A DNA stretch of 64,000 nt from Gammaproteobacteria bacterium (GTDB lineage Bacteria > Pseudomonadota > Gammaproteobacteria > Pseudomonadales > Azotimanducaceae). The notes under the pieces were generated by a model. The model saw only the letters and a program-made list of their open reading frames with translations, was not told where the DNA came from and did not search any database. The position numbers and the translations under genes were made by a program. This document shows positions 31,627 to 40,983 of this stretch, in pieces; position 1 is the stretch's first letter; each line of letters begins with the position of its first letter. The DNA lies in NCBI GenBank assembly GCA_009839505.1, contig VXPO01000013.1:43300-107299 (forward strand), written 5' to 3'.

Positions 31627-33396
31627 TTGGGTTTTTGGGGAAATCGGTCCGTGCACGGCGCGGTTGGCGAGGAGCGGTCTCGGCTCGCGGCCGGATCGGA
31701 AGGAGCGTACAAGCTCGCCTTTGCAGTGTTGGTGATCGTGGCCGCCCTCGGGTTCACCTATACGAGATCCGATGGCAACTTTCCTCCGTTCGAACTGCGC
31801 GATGTCCTTCTGCGCGTGCTGGTCTTCTGCGGCGTCCTACTCGTTGCGGCTCTCGCACTTCCACGGAGGAGCGTTTCGAACGCGGCGTTGGCCCTTGTTA
31901 CCCTGGCCGGCGTATTCACCGCGTACGTAGTCCACACGCAACTGTTCGATCCCTCGCACCGAGTCTGGATGATCATCGTGCTGGCCGCGTCGTTCTTCGC
32001 CCTCTTCACAGCCTTCCAGGTCATCGAGCAGCGCCGCTGGGCCGGGAACGTGCTCATGGGGGCCGCTGCCCTAGCTGGAGCCGCGGCCGCGTGGCCGGAA
32101 ATCGAACCGGAGCTGCGATCAGGTCTGAGCACCCCCGGTGGCCTGCTCGGTGTGCGCAATCCGGCAATGTGGGCCGTGGTGGCACTGGCGGGCATCAGCT
32201 CAGTGCTGGCGCCATACCTCTTGTCCAAGGTCGTGCGGCCTGTCCATTGGGGAGGACTCGCGTTGCTGGCTGTGGCGTCGGTGCTCGCAATGTTGATATT
32301 CGTGCTTGGATCGAAATTCGGCGAGGACGGCTCCGGCTACTACAGCGGTGGATGGGAGGACCATCCAAACGTACGGTCGGTAACATTCGAAGAGACCCCC
32401 AACATCTACTTCGTCGGGTTCGACTCGATCGCCCCTGAGGCCATCATGCGCAAGTACATGGGACTCGAAACGACCGATTTCCACGGAGTATTGGGAAGGG
32501 AGATGCGGCGACTCCGGAACCTGTTCGCCAATGGTGATCGCACGACGTTCTCGTTCAACGCCTTGATGGCGTTGGACCAGCGAATCTATCTCGAGAACAG
32601 GAACGCCGGTGGCCTGCCAAGCTATTTCGCCGGCCACGACCTCAGCCCGCTGATCTGGCTCTTAAGGTTGAACGGGTACGAAACCACGTCCATCTACCAA
32701 GACACCTTCTTCGGTCGCGAGCAAGGACCGCACATAGACAACTACGTGGTCAACAGAAGGAAAGCGCTCTGCTCGCTGTTGGACGAAGACGCAAGGGCAT
32801 TGGCATTCTGGGGCTACTGCTGGACCTTGGGAACACAACGCCTCCCTGCCACAGAACGAGTCCGTGCCGGAGACTTCCTAGTTCAGCAACTGTCCGCCAT
32901 CGACAGGGAGAGTCCTCAATTCGTGATCGCGCACTTCGGTTTACCTGGCCACACGCCGAAGATCTTCGACTACAACAACAAGAGCGACATGGAACGTTTT
33001 TTGCCGGAGTTTGTGAGAGGTTTCAACACGGCGGCCATCTACCTGGAGCAGATCATCGAACACCTCAGAGCCAATGATCCCGACGCCATCTTGTTTGTCT
33101 TTGGCGACCACGGCGCTTGGCTGTCGCGGGGGGTGGATGTCGAAGACAATCCGGCCTTCTTCCTGCAGGACCGGTTTGGGATTCTCGGCGGAGTGTACCC
33201 CCGCGACAGGTGCGCGGCGGAGTTGGACGCGGCCGAGGGGAAGGGCTACGCGACGTCTCTGGACGTAGTGCACGCGATAATCGAATGTCTGTCGGACGGG
33301 CAGAGCCCGCTTGTCGAGCCGAGGCGCGACAGGTTTTGGACTCCCGACCTTCCGGAGAACCACTCGTACGACTACAAGGAGTTCCTGTACGAGTAG
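31627..33396 (+). CDS. Membrane-anchored alkaline-phosphatase-superfamily (sulfatase / LtaS / EptA-like) protein
   Basis: N-terminal polytopic region, then a soluble domain with NIYFVGFDSIAPE, HFGLPGHTP and FVFGDHGAW (metal-ligand-like motifs). Confidence 0.6.
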   Translation: MGFWGNRSVHGAVGEERSRLAAGSEGAYKLAFAVLVIVAALGFTYTRSDGNFPPFELRDVLLRVLVFCGVLLVAALALPRRSVSNAALALVTLAGVFTAYVVHTQLFDPSHRVWMIIVLAASFFALFTAFQVIEQRRWAGNVLMGAAALAGAAAAWPEIEPELRSGLSTPGGLLGVRNPAMWAVVALAGISSVLAPYLLSKVVRPVHWGGLALLAVASVLAMLIFVLGSKFGEDGSGYYSGGWEDHPNVRSVTFEETPNIYFVGFDSIAPEAIMRKYMGLETTDFHGVLGREMRRLRNLFANGDRTTFSFNALMALDQRIYLENRNAGGLPSYFAGHDLSPLIWLLRLNGYETTSIYQDTFFGREQGPHIDNYVVNRRKALCSLLDEDARALAFWGYCWTLGTQRLPATERVRAGDFLVQQLSAIDRESPQFVIAHFGLPGHTPKIFDYNNKSDMERFLPEFVRGFNTAAIYLEQIIEHLRANDPDAILFVFGDHGAWLSRGVDVEDNPAFFLQDRFGILGGVYPRDRCAAELDAAEGKGYATSLDVVHAIIECLSDGQSPLVEPRRDRFWTPDLPENHSYDYKEFLYE

Positions 33397-33550
33397 ATGC
33401 CGGTCCCCCCATCAGTTGAGCGGCCGCGGGTAGCCGCTTAGCTACCTGGCATCCCCGGGTGCCGGAATCGCGTCTGCCGTCGCGGGCTTCCAGTTGCAGC
33501 GTGCCGCACATCGAGTGTAGTGAGCGTCCACGCGGTCGTCCGGTTGGCGC

Positions 33551-35086
33551 TCATGCGCGGTGGCGCAGGTCCTTCGGCCGGATGCCTGCGGCGAGGACGA
33601 GCGCCGAGTAGACGGCGAGCCCGGCGATGATCACGAGTGCGAGATGACCGGCACGCGACCAGCCCTCCGCTGTCGTCCAGTGGGCGTCGTGGGGAACCAG
33701 GAACCACAGGGCGGCGGCCATCGCTGCCGTAGCCATTAGGGACGTGGCGATCACGCGGGCCAGTGGTCGGCCAGGACGGTAGTGACCGCCGGCGATGAGC
33801 GTACCCACGAGGAGCCCCGCGTTGACGACCGCGGCCAGGCTCGTGGCGAGCGCAAGCCCGATGTGGCCCAGCCACCAGAACGTCCCGAGGCTCGCGGCGA
33901 CGTTGACGGCCACCGATGCGACGGCGAACTTGAGCGGCGTGGTCGCATCCTCCCGGGAGAAGTAGCCGGGTACGGCGATCTTGACCAGCACCAGGGGCAC
34001 AAGCCCGAGGGCGAAGGCGCGCAATGCCGCTGCCGCCATTTCCGCGTCCCGGGGCTGCATCTGGCCGTGGAGGAAGATCGTCGCCATCAGCGGATAGGCC
34101 AGCATCCACAGCGCAACCGCCGCCGGGATACCGAGGAGCAATCCGGTACGCATGCCCCAGTCGAGGGTGGCGTTGTACTTGGCGCGCTCTCCCTGCTGAT
34201 GGAGCCGCGACAGGTTGGGCAGTAGAACGGTGCCAAGGGCGACCGCGACAACGCCGATGGGCACTTCCCAAAGTCGGTCGGCGTAGTAAAGCCAAGCGGC
34301 GCTCCCCTGCTCGAGAAACGACGTGAGCACGGTCCCCACCAACGCGTTGACCTGGTAGGCCGAGCCCGCGAACACGGCCGGCAACAGCAACCGGAATACC
34401 TTGCCGACGCCCTCGTGGCGCCAGTTCGGCACCGGCGCCACCAATAGGCCGACACGTGCCACCGGCAGGCCGTGGAACAGGAGCTGGGCCACCCCACCGG
34501 CGAGTACGCCCCAAGCCAGCGCCCGTGCTGCGCCGACGACATCCGAGCCCGCACCGGCAGCCCACAGCGCCGCGACGATCAGTGAGACGTTGAGGAGCAC
34601 CGGGGTGAACGCCGGCACGGCGAACCGGTTGGCGCTGTTCAGGATCGCACCGGCAAAGGCGGTGAAGGAGATCAATCCGAGATAGGGGAACATGATTCGC
34701 GTCAGGTCGGTCGCCAGCGCGAACTGTTCGGGGTCGTCGATGAAACCCGGCATGAAGACCGCCGCGAGCAAGGACGCTCCGAGCGCTCCCGCCACCGAAA
34801 CGCCAATCAACACCACGCCAAGGTCGCCGGCAACAGCCGATACGAAAGCCCGCGCGCCAGCCTGGCTGCCCTTCTCGCGGTACTCGGTCAGGATCGGCAC
34901 GAAGGCCAGCGCGAAGGATGCCTCGGCGAACAGTCGGCGGAAGAAGTTGGGAACCCGGAACGCCAGGATGAACGTATCCGCCGCCTCGGACGCGCCCACC
35001 ACATGCGCAAGGACCCAGTCCCGTGCCAGCCCCGAGACACGGGACAGGACGGTCATCCCCGCGAAGCTGCCTCCCTGGGCGGCCAT
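33551..35086 (-). CDS. murJ: Lipid II flippase MurJ (MviN)
   Basis: [66 protein letters not shown]. The ATG at 35086 gives 511 aa; the track ORF extends to 35158. Confidence 0.9.
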   Translation of the reverse strand: MAAQGGSFAGMTVLSRVSGLARDWVLAHVVGASEAADTFILAFRVPNFFRRLFAEASFALAFVPILTEYREKGSQAGARAFVSAVAGDLGVVLIGVSVAGALGASLLAAVFMPGFIDDPEQFALATDLTRIMFPYLGLISFTAFAGAILNSANRFAVPAFTPVLLNVSLIVAALWAAGAGSDVVGAARALAWGVLAGGVAQLLFHGLPVARVGLLVAPVPNWRHEGVGKVFRLLLPAVFAGSAYQVNALVGTVLTSFLEQGSAAWLYYADRLWEVPIGVVAVALGTVLLPNLSRLHQQGERAKYNATLDWGMRTGLLLGIPAAVALWMLAYPLMATIFLHGQMQPRDAEMAAAALRAFALGLVPLVLVKIAVPGYFSREDATTPLKFAVASVAVNVAASLGTFWWLGHIGLALATSLAAVVNAGLLVGTLIAGGHYRPGRPLARVIATSLMATAAMAAALWFLVPHDAHWTTAEGWSRAGHLALVIIAGLAVYSALVLAAGIRPKDLRHRA

Positions 35087-35182
35087 GTCGCTGTCCGTGC
35101 CGCCGCCCGCCCCCACGGCGACCTGCCGGGTGTCCATCGGATCTATGCCGTTGCTCACGCTCTCCGATCGTCCATGGGCAGA

Positions 35183-35211
35183 TTGACACGCCCTGCGCCG
35201 ATGGGCATATT
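35183..35211 (+). promoter_or_regulatory. Candidate sigma70 promoter of rpsT
   Basis: TTGACA (35183-35188), 17 nt, then CATATT (35206-35211), 41 nt upstream of the rpsT TTG start. Confidence 0.5.
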
Positions 35212-35251
35212 ACGCCGCCTTCCGCTCACCGGATCGAGAAAAGGACGACTC

Positions 35252-35515
35252 TTGGCCAACAGCCCCCAGGCCCGCAAGCGCGCGCGCCAAGCCGTCAAAC
35301 GGCGAGCCCGCAACGCCAGCCACCGCTCGATGGTGCGCACCTACATCAAGAAGGTCGTCGCGGCGGTCGATGCCGGAGACAAGGCCGCGGCCACCACCGC
35401 CCTCGGCGACGCGATCCCCGTGATCGACCGGATGGCTGACAAGGGCATCATGCATCACAACAAGGCCGCCCGTCACAAGTCCCGCCTCGCCGCCAAGGTA
35501 AGCGCACTCTCGTAG
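35252..35515 (+). CDS. rpsT: 30S ribosomal protein S20
   Basis: (L/M)[34 protein letters not shown]... TTG start with AAGGA 6 nt upstream. As I recall, E. coli rpsT also uses UUG. Confidence 0.93.
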   Translation: MANSPQARKRARQAVKRRARNASHRSMVRTYIKKVVAAVDAGDKAAATTALGDAIPVIDRMADKGIMHHNKAARHKSRLAAKVSALS

Positions 35516-35560
35516 CGCCTCGCCCGTGTTCGTGCCGTGAAACGGCGTTGAACACCCACG

Positions 35561-36721
35561 TCAAAGGACCACCAGGTTGTCGCGATGGACGAGTTCGCGT
35601 TCGTCCACGTAGCCTAGGATCGACTCGATCTCGTCGGATTTGCGCCCGGCCAGCTTGCGCGTCTCGGCAACGTCGTAGTTCGCGAGACCCTTGGCCACCT
35701 CCTCGCCGTCCGGGCCGAGCACCCTAACCATGTCGCCACGTCGGAAACTGCCGTCGGCAGCGGCGACACCCGCCGGCAGAATGCTCACGCCGCGGTTGAC
35801 GATGGCCACCACGGCACCCGCGTCCACATGCAGCGCGCCCCGGGCGCGGAGTTGAGCGATCCAGCGCTTGCGGGCGTCGAGCGGAGCTACGTCCGCGGTC
35901 AACAACGTGCCCACGGGTTCACCGTGTGCCAAGGATCGAAGAATGTCCGGTGCGCCACCATCCGCGATCACCGTATGCGTACCGGAGAGCGCCGCCAGAC
36001 GTGCCGCGGCGAGCTTGGTCACCATGCCTCCTCGACCCAATCGACCCGTGCCACCACCGGCCATGGCGTCGAGGCTCGGATCCGCTGCAGCGGCCTCGGC
36101 GACGAGCGACGCCCCCGGCTCGAGGCGTGGATCCACCTCGTGCAGACCCTTCTGGTCGGTCAGCAGGACCAGGACATCGGCCGACAGCAGGCTCGCCACC
36201 ATGCCGGCCAAGGTATCGTTATCGCCGAGCTTGATTTCCTCCGTGGCGACCGAGTCGTTCTCATTGATTACCGGGACAACACCGAGGTCCAGCAACGTCG
36301 TCAACGTCGTCCGGGCGTTCAGGTAGCGCTGACGGTCGGAGAGATCGTCGTGGGTGAGCAGGACCAGGCCGATGTGTCGGCCACGTCGTCGAAACGCCTG
36401 CTCATAGGCTTCGCTTACACCCGACTGGCCAACGGCCGCAGCCGCCTGGAGATCGTGAATGGTCACCGGGCGCTCGTCGAAACCGAGCCGTCGGCAGCCC
36501 TCGGCCACCGCACCGCTCGACACCACCACCACGCGCCTGCCCTCGACGTGCAGGTCGGCGATCTGGCCACACCAGCGGTCGAGGGAGTCTGCATCGATAC
36601 CTTGGCCATCGCCGGTAAGCAGCGCACTGCCCACCTTGACCACCCAGACCTTCGCGGAGGCAAGCCCCGCGCGCACCGATCCGGATCTTGGGACCGGGTC
36701 GTGGCTTACTGCGGCTACCAC
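35561..36721 (-). CDS. proB: Glutamate 5-kinase
   Basis: VVKVGSALLTG..., NENDSVATEEIKLGDNDTLAGMVA and a C-terminal PUA domain. Confidence 0.93.
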   Translation of the reverse strand: MVAAVSHDPVPRSGSVRAGLASAKVWVVKVGSALLTGDGQGIDADSLDRWCGQIADLHVEGRRVVVVSSGAVAEGCRRLGFDERPVTIHDLQAAAAVGQSGVSEAYEQAFRRRGRHIGLVLLTHDDLSDRQRYLNARTTLTTLLDLGVVPVINENDSVATEEIKLGDNDTLAGMVASLLSADVLVLLTDQKGLHEVDPRLEPGASLVAEAAAADPSLDAMAGGGTGRLGRGGMVTKLAAARLAALSGTHTVIADGGAPDILRSLAHGEPVGTLLTADVAPLDARKRWIAQLRARGALHVDAGAVVAIVNRGVSILPAGVAAADGSFRRGDMVRVLGPDGEEVAKGLANYDVAETRKLAGRKSDEIESILGYVDERELVHRDNLVVL

Positions 36722-37851
36722 GCTTCCTCCCTTGCTGCGCGACGGGCACGCCTGGTCTCGGCGGCAGCCAACCCATGGCGCAGCACGTCGGCCGCGATCA
36801 GCTCGTCCAGATCGGCCTCGCTCCGCGCAAACCCGTCGTCCTGCGCAAGCCGTTCGCCGTACGCGTTGACGTACTGCATGACAGCACCCACAAGGTCGTC
36901 GACGCCCGTGCCCGTCACGGCTGAGATCGCGTGGCAGGGACGGTCCGGAATTGCCGCGGTCAACCGCTCGGGAATCGAGGCGGCCGTCGGCAGGTCCATT
37001 TTCGTAACCACGGTCCAGACAGGGCGTTGTCGAAAACCCTCGCTATAGGCGAAGAGTTCCGACTCGATGCGTCGGCAGTTCTCGACCGGATCGGTGCCGT
37101 CAACCGGAGCTCCATCCACCAGGTGCAACAGCAGATGCGTCCGCGAGAGATGCTTCAAGAAACGGAATCCTAAGCCCGCGCCTTTGGCCGCGCCCCCGAT
37201 CAACCCCGGGATGTCCGCCATAACGAAGCTCGCGTCCTGATCCACCCGCACCACGCCGAGATTGGGAGTCAGCGTAGTGAACGGATAGTCCGCGATCTTC
37301 GGTTTCGACGCGGACACCCGGCTTATTAGCGTCGACTTTCCCGCGTTGGGCATGCCGAGCAGCCCGACATCCGCGATGACCTTGAGTTCCAAGCGCAGAC
37401 GTCGGCAATCCCCCGACCGACCCGGCGTCGTCCGGCGCGGCGCGCGATTGGTACTCGACTTGAAGCGAGCGTTGCCCAAACCGTGTAGGCCGCCCCTGGC
37501 GACCGTCACCGTCTGGCCTCGGTCGGAGACGTCGCCGATCACCGTCCGCGTCTCGTCGTCGATTATTGTGGTGCCCACGGGTACGCGGACGCTCAGGATC
37601 CGGCCGCTGGCACCGGTCTTGTCCCGACCCCCGCCGGCTTGGCCGTCTTCGGCCTTGTAACGCGGCATGTAGCGGAAGTCCACGAGGGTGTTCAGCGACA
37701 AGTCGCCGACGATCTCCACGGCCCCGCCATCACCTCCGTCCCCGCCATCCGGTCCCCCCTTGGGCAGGTTGGGACCCCGGTGGAAACTCATGCAGCCGTC
37801 GCCGCCCTTGCCGGCTTCGACGTCGATCAGTGCCTCATCGACGAATTTCAT
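36715..37851 (-). CDS. obg: GTPase Obg/CgtA
   Basis: MKFVDEALIDVEAGKGGDGCMSFHR... and GLLGMPNAGKSTLI. Confidence 0.95.
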   Translation of the reverse strand: MKFVDEALIDVEAGKGGDGCMSFHRGPNLPKGGPDGGDGGDGGAVEIVGDLSLNTLVDFRYMPRYKAEDGQAGGGRDKTGASGRILSVRVPVGTTIIDDETRTVIGDVSDRGQTVTVARGGLHGLGNARFKSSTNRAPRRTTPGRSGDCRRLRLELKVIADVGLLGMPNAGKSTLISRVSASKPKIADYPFTTLTPNLGVVRVDQDASFVMADIPGLIGGAAKGAGLGFRFLKHLSRTHLLLHLVDGAPVDGTDPVENCRRIESELFAYSEGFRQRPVWTVVTKMDLPTAASIPERLTAAIPDRPCHAISAVTGTGVDDLVGAVMQYVNAYGERLAQDDGFARSEADLDELIAADVLRHGLAAAETRRARRAAREEAW

Positions 37852-37904
37852 GGTGGGCCCGCAATGCCATTAGCGACGACCGCTGGCGTTGGTCTGTCAG
37901 GGTT

Positions 37905-37945
37905 GGCGACCGCGCGCCCTTCGGGCGCGTTAGGGTCGCCCCTAC
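37905..37945 (-). repeat. REP-like element, 41 nt, long variant of the GTAGGGGCGACC family
   Basis: The reverse complement reads GTAGGGGCGACCCTAACGCGCCCGAAGGGCGCGCGGTCGCC. It has nested stems GGCGACC/GGTCGCC and CGCGCCC/GGGCGCG. It overlaps the rpmA stop codon. Confidence 0.85.
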
Positions 37946-38229
37946 GAGCGGGGTTGGTCCGCAGCGGCAGCGTCTGACGGCTCGACGCGAACGTACCTGC
38001 GCACGGGTGCCCCGCGCGACTCGAACTGAACTACGCCGTTGGCCGTGGCAAACAGCGTGTGATCGCGACCGCACCCGACGTTGTCACCCGGATGGAATTT
38101 CGTGCCACGCTGACGGACCAGGATGTTGCCCGCGAGCACCCGCTCGCCGCCGAATTTCTTCACGCCTAGGCGCTTCGATTCGGAGTCGCGTCCGTTGCGC
38201 GTGCTGCCACCTGCCTTCTTGTGTGCCAT
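37942..38229 (-). CDS. rpmA: 50S ribosomal protein L27
   Basis: [48 protein letters not shown]. 95 aa, with a tail of about 10 aa compared with E. coli. Confidence 0.96.
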   Translation of the reverse strand: MAHKKAGGSTRNGRDSESKRLGVKKFGGERVLAGNILVRQRGTKFHPGDNVGCGRDHTLFATANGVVQFESRGAPVRRYVRVEPSDAAAADQPRS

Positions 38230-38256
38230 AGCGGGTTCCTCGTGTTAGAGACCGTC

Positions 38257-38568
38257 TCAGCGGTTTATCGCGGTGATTCTCACATCCGTGAAGGCTTGGC
38301 GATGGCCTTTCTTGCGCAGGTAGTTCTTGCGCCGTTTGAACTTGATGACGCTGATCTTCTTCCCGCGTCCCTGGTTCACGACTTCGCCGGTCACGCGGCC
38401 ACCCTCGACGAGCGGCTCACCGATGGCGATGTCGTCGCCCTCGGCGATCATCAACACCCGATCGAAGACGATGTTGTCGCCGGGCTCGCCCTCCAAGCGC
38501 TCGAGGCGCACGACTTCGCCCTCGACAACCCGGTGTTGCTTGCCACCACTCTCGAATACCGCGAACAT
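38257..38568 (-). CDS. rplU: 50S ribosomal protein L21
   Basis: MFAVFESGGKQHRVVEGEVVRLERLEG... Confidence 0.96.
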   Translation of the reverse strand: MFAVFESGGKQHRVVEGEVVRLERLEGEPGDNIVFDRVLMIAEGDDIAIGEPLVEGGRVTGEVVNQGRGKKISVIKFKRRKNYLRKKGHRQAFTDVRITAINR

Positions 38569-38690
38569 GAATCCGTTCCTTACCGTCGCTCACGAGACCG
38601 ACCGCTCGGAGCCCGAACGTCATCCGACCGGCGCCAAAGGTGTACTACAATGCCGCCATTGGCCCGACGGTCGTACAAAAAGCGCGTCAT

Positions 38691-38718
38691 TCTATAGGAC
38701 TGCACGCGGCGATGACAA
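38691..38718 (-). promoter_or_regulatory. Candidate sigma70 promoter of rplU-rpmA
   Basis: The minus strand reads TTGTCA, 16 nt, then TATAGA, about 120 nt upstream of the rplU ATG. Confidence 0.4.
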
Positions 38719-38866
38719 CGCGGCAAGAGCACGCGCAACACTCGCTCCCACGACTCCTCGCGAGCACGGTTCAACGAGCACTTGCCAGCGCAAAAGACAC
38801 CGCCCGTCCACCATCATGGCCCCACACTCAGCCGCCGCCCAGACCGCTCTTCCGAGTCTCCCGAGA

Positions 38867-39850
38867 ATGGGGCTCTCCGCCATCTTCGGCCTCGTCGAAG
38901 CCGACTTTGAGCGCGTCAACCGATTGATTCCACGGCAATTATGCTCAGGCGTCGACCTGGTTGAAGAGATCGGCCGTTACATCGTCGAAGCAGGCGGCAA
39001 GCGCTTGAGGCCACTGATCGTTCTGTTGATCGTGCGCGCCTTCGCGAAGGCGTACCCTGGCGGACGGGCCGACGACCCCATCCGCTTGGCCACCATCATC
39101 GAGTTCCTGCACACCGCGACCCTGTTGCACGACGACGTGGTAGACAAGAGCGCTCGCCGCCGAGGCCGGGCCACGGCCAACGCCCTGTGGGGCAACGCGC
39201 CCAGCGTGCTGGTCGGCGACTTCCTCTATTCCCGGGGATTCCAGCTCATGGTGGAACTCGACAACATGGACATCATGGCGATCATCAGCGACGCCACGAA
39301 CGTCATCGCCGAGGGCGAGGTCATGCAACTGGCCAACGTCGGCCGAGCCGACGTGACCGAAGCGGAATACCTCGAGGTCGTGCGCCGCAAGACCGCGATG
39401 CTGTTCCAGGCGGCAGCGCACACAGGCGCGGTCCTGTGCTGCGATGACCCGGACCCAATCGACTCCCTGCGCCGGTACGGACTGCATTTCGGCATGGCCT
39501 ACCAACTCGTCGACGACTGGTTGGACTACGCCGGCGACGGTCGCGTGATGGGCAAGAATCCCGGCGACGATCTGGCCGAGGGCAAGGTGACCCTGCCGCT
39601 GATCCACACCATGGCTCACGGTCGGGCAACCGATGGCACGCTGGTGCGCCAAGCCATCGCGGGCCGCTCGGCCGGCGACTTCGCCCGGGTCGCCGACGCC
39701 GTGCAGCGCAGCGGCGGCCTCGCCTACACCAAGTCGCGCGCCTTGGAAGCAGCCGACCGGGCAATGGAGGAAGCCCTAGTCCTGCCGCCGAGCCCGTATC
39801 GGGACGCCTTGGAAGCGCTGGCGGAGTTCGCGGTTTCGCGGATGGCTTGA
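38867..39850 (+). CDS. ispB: Octaprenyl diphosphate synthase
   Basis: MGLSAIFGLVEADFERVNRLI...GGKRLRPLIVLL...LLHDDVVD...GDFLYSR...DDWLDY. The upstream part of the 507-aa track ORF overlaps rplU antisense and is rejected. Confidence 0.9.
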   Translation: MGLSAIFGLVEADFERVNRLIPRQLCSGVDLVEEIGRYIVEAGGKRLRPLIVLLIVRAFAKAYPGGRADDPIRLATIIEFLHTATLLHDDVVDKSARRRGRATANALWGNAPSVLVGDFLYSRGFQLMVELDNMDIMAIISDATNVIAEGEVMQLANVGRADVTEAEYLEVVRRKTAMLFQAAAHTGAVLCCDDPDPIDSLRRYGLHFGMAYQLVDDWLDYAGDGRVMGKNPGDDLAEGKVTLPLIHTMAHGRATDGTLVRQAIAGRSAGDFARVADAVQRSGGLAYTKSRALEAADRAMEEALVLPPSPYRDALEALAEFAVSRMA

Positions 39851-39875
39851 GCAACGCCCTGGGCTCCAGGTCTCC

Positions 39876-39916
39876 GTAGGGGCGACCCTAACGCGCCCGA
39901 AGGGCGCGCGGGCGCC
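39876..39916 (+). repeat. REP-like element, 41 nt, long variant; inverted partner of 37905-37945
   Basis: GTAGGGGCGACCCTAACGCGCCCGAAGGGCGCGCGGGCGCC is 40/41 identical to the reverse complement of 37905-37945. Confidence 0.85.
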
Positions 39917-39964
39917 CGGAACCCTTATGATTGTCGACGTGCCGAACAGCGCGAGTCCTACCTC

Positions 39965-40957
39965 TTGACCACTAGCTCCGAAGGATCAGAGCCGCACATG
40001 GATGCGTCCCACTACCCAGGAGGGAACTACTTCGACCAAATGCGGATCGACATAGCCGCGAGCCACGCCAGCCTCGACAACGTCAACGTGGCCAAGAGGA
40101 GCGTCAGGAAGCCCTGGTTAACCAACACATTCAGGCTCCTCCTCACAGGCTTTCTGATCCGGACCAACCTTTGGATGCCACTCGTCATGAACGGACTGGT
40201 CAGGAGGTGGTTCGATGACTTCGTGGCCTATTGGGGCGACGTTCTAGGTGGCAGACCAATCGCAACCGTGTCCGACTTCAATGCACTCCTGCACGACTAC
40301 CGAAAGGGCCAGCAGCACGTCGATGAACTGCAGTGGGCCGGCCCTGCGAAGCACGTCGAGAATTGGCAAGCGCCCCAATTCCTGTACCAGACGTTCCACA
40401 ACGCTCGGAAGCTGGCGTTGCGTCCCGTGATCGGACTACGGCTCTGGAGATACGTAACGCGTGGCTCTCGCATCCTAGAATATGGATGTTCCCTCGCACC
40501 CTACTACCACTGCTATCGAAGGTACTTCTCCCACCTACGTTGTTCTTTCGTGTTGGCGGATATCCCGAACTTTCCGTTTCACTACGCCAAGTACCTGTAC
40601 TGCCGCGACGACGAAGTCGAATTTGTAACGATCAACCCGACGATGTTCAGTGATCCTCTAGCCGACGTTCCCGGCCAAGATTCGCGGTTCGACGTCATTG
40701 TGATAACCGAGGTGTTCGAGCACCTTGACAACCCACTGTTCGTAGCAGGCTACCTACTGGAAAGGTTGAAGCCGAACGGACTGTTCGTCTTTGACTACAT
40801 CAAGTCCGAAGGACATGGTCTGGACCACCCTAACGCTCTTCGCACGCGCGAAGAGACTATTTCGGAAGTTCTAAAGACGACTAGGATCATCCACGGCGAG
40901 GCCAGCAACCCGAGAGAGAGCGTTGGGTTCTGCATCGCGCAGAAGGTCGAAGCCTGA
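39965..40957 (+). CDS. Class I SAM-dependent methyltransferase-like protein
   Basis: SRILEYGCSLAPY (motif I-like) and FDVIVITEVFEHLDNPLFVAGYLLERLKPNGLFVFDY. An alternative ATG is at 39998. Confidence 0.6.
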   Translation: MTTSSEGSEPHMDASHYPGGNYFDQMRIDIAASHASLDNVNVAKRSVRKPWLTNTFRLLLTGFLIRTNLWMPLVMNGLVRRWFDDFVAYWGDVLGGRPIATVSDFNALLHDYRKGQQHVDELQWAGPAKHVENWQAPQFLYQTFHNARKLALRPVIGLRLWRYVTRGSRILEYGCSLAPYYHCYRRYFSHLRCSFVLADIPNFPFHYAKYLYCRDDEVEFVTINPTMFSDPLADVPGQDSRFDVIVITEVFEHLDNPLFVAGYLLERLKPNGLFVFDYIKSEGHGLDHPNALRTREETISEVLKTTRIIHGEASNPRESVGFCIAQKVEA

Positions 40958-40983
40958 TAGCCCACGCACCGATCAGTTCGCCA

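Noticed and set aside
35531-35547. Short hairpin (GCCGT-GAA-ACGGC) between the convergent rpsT and proB genes, as a possible bidirectional terminator.
   Set aside because: A 5-bp stem with a 3-nt loop and no T-tract is too weak to support a call.
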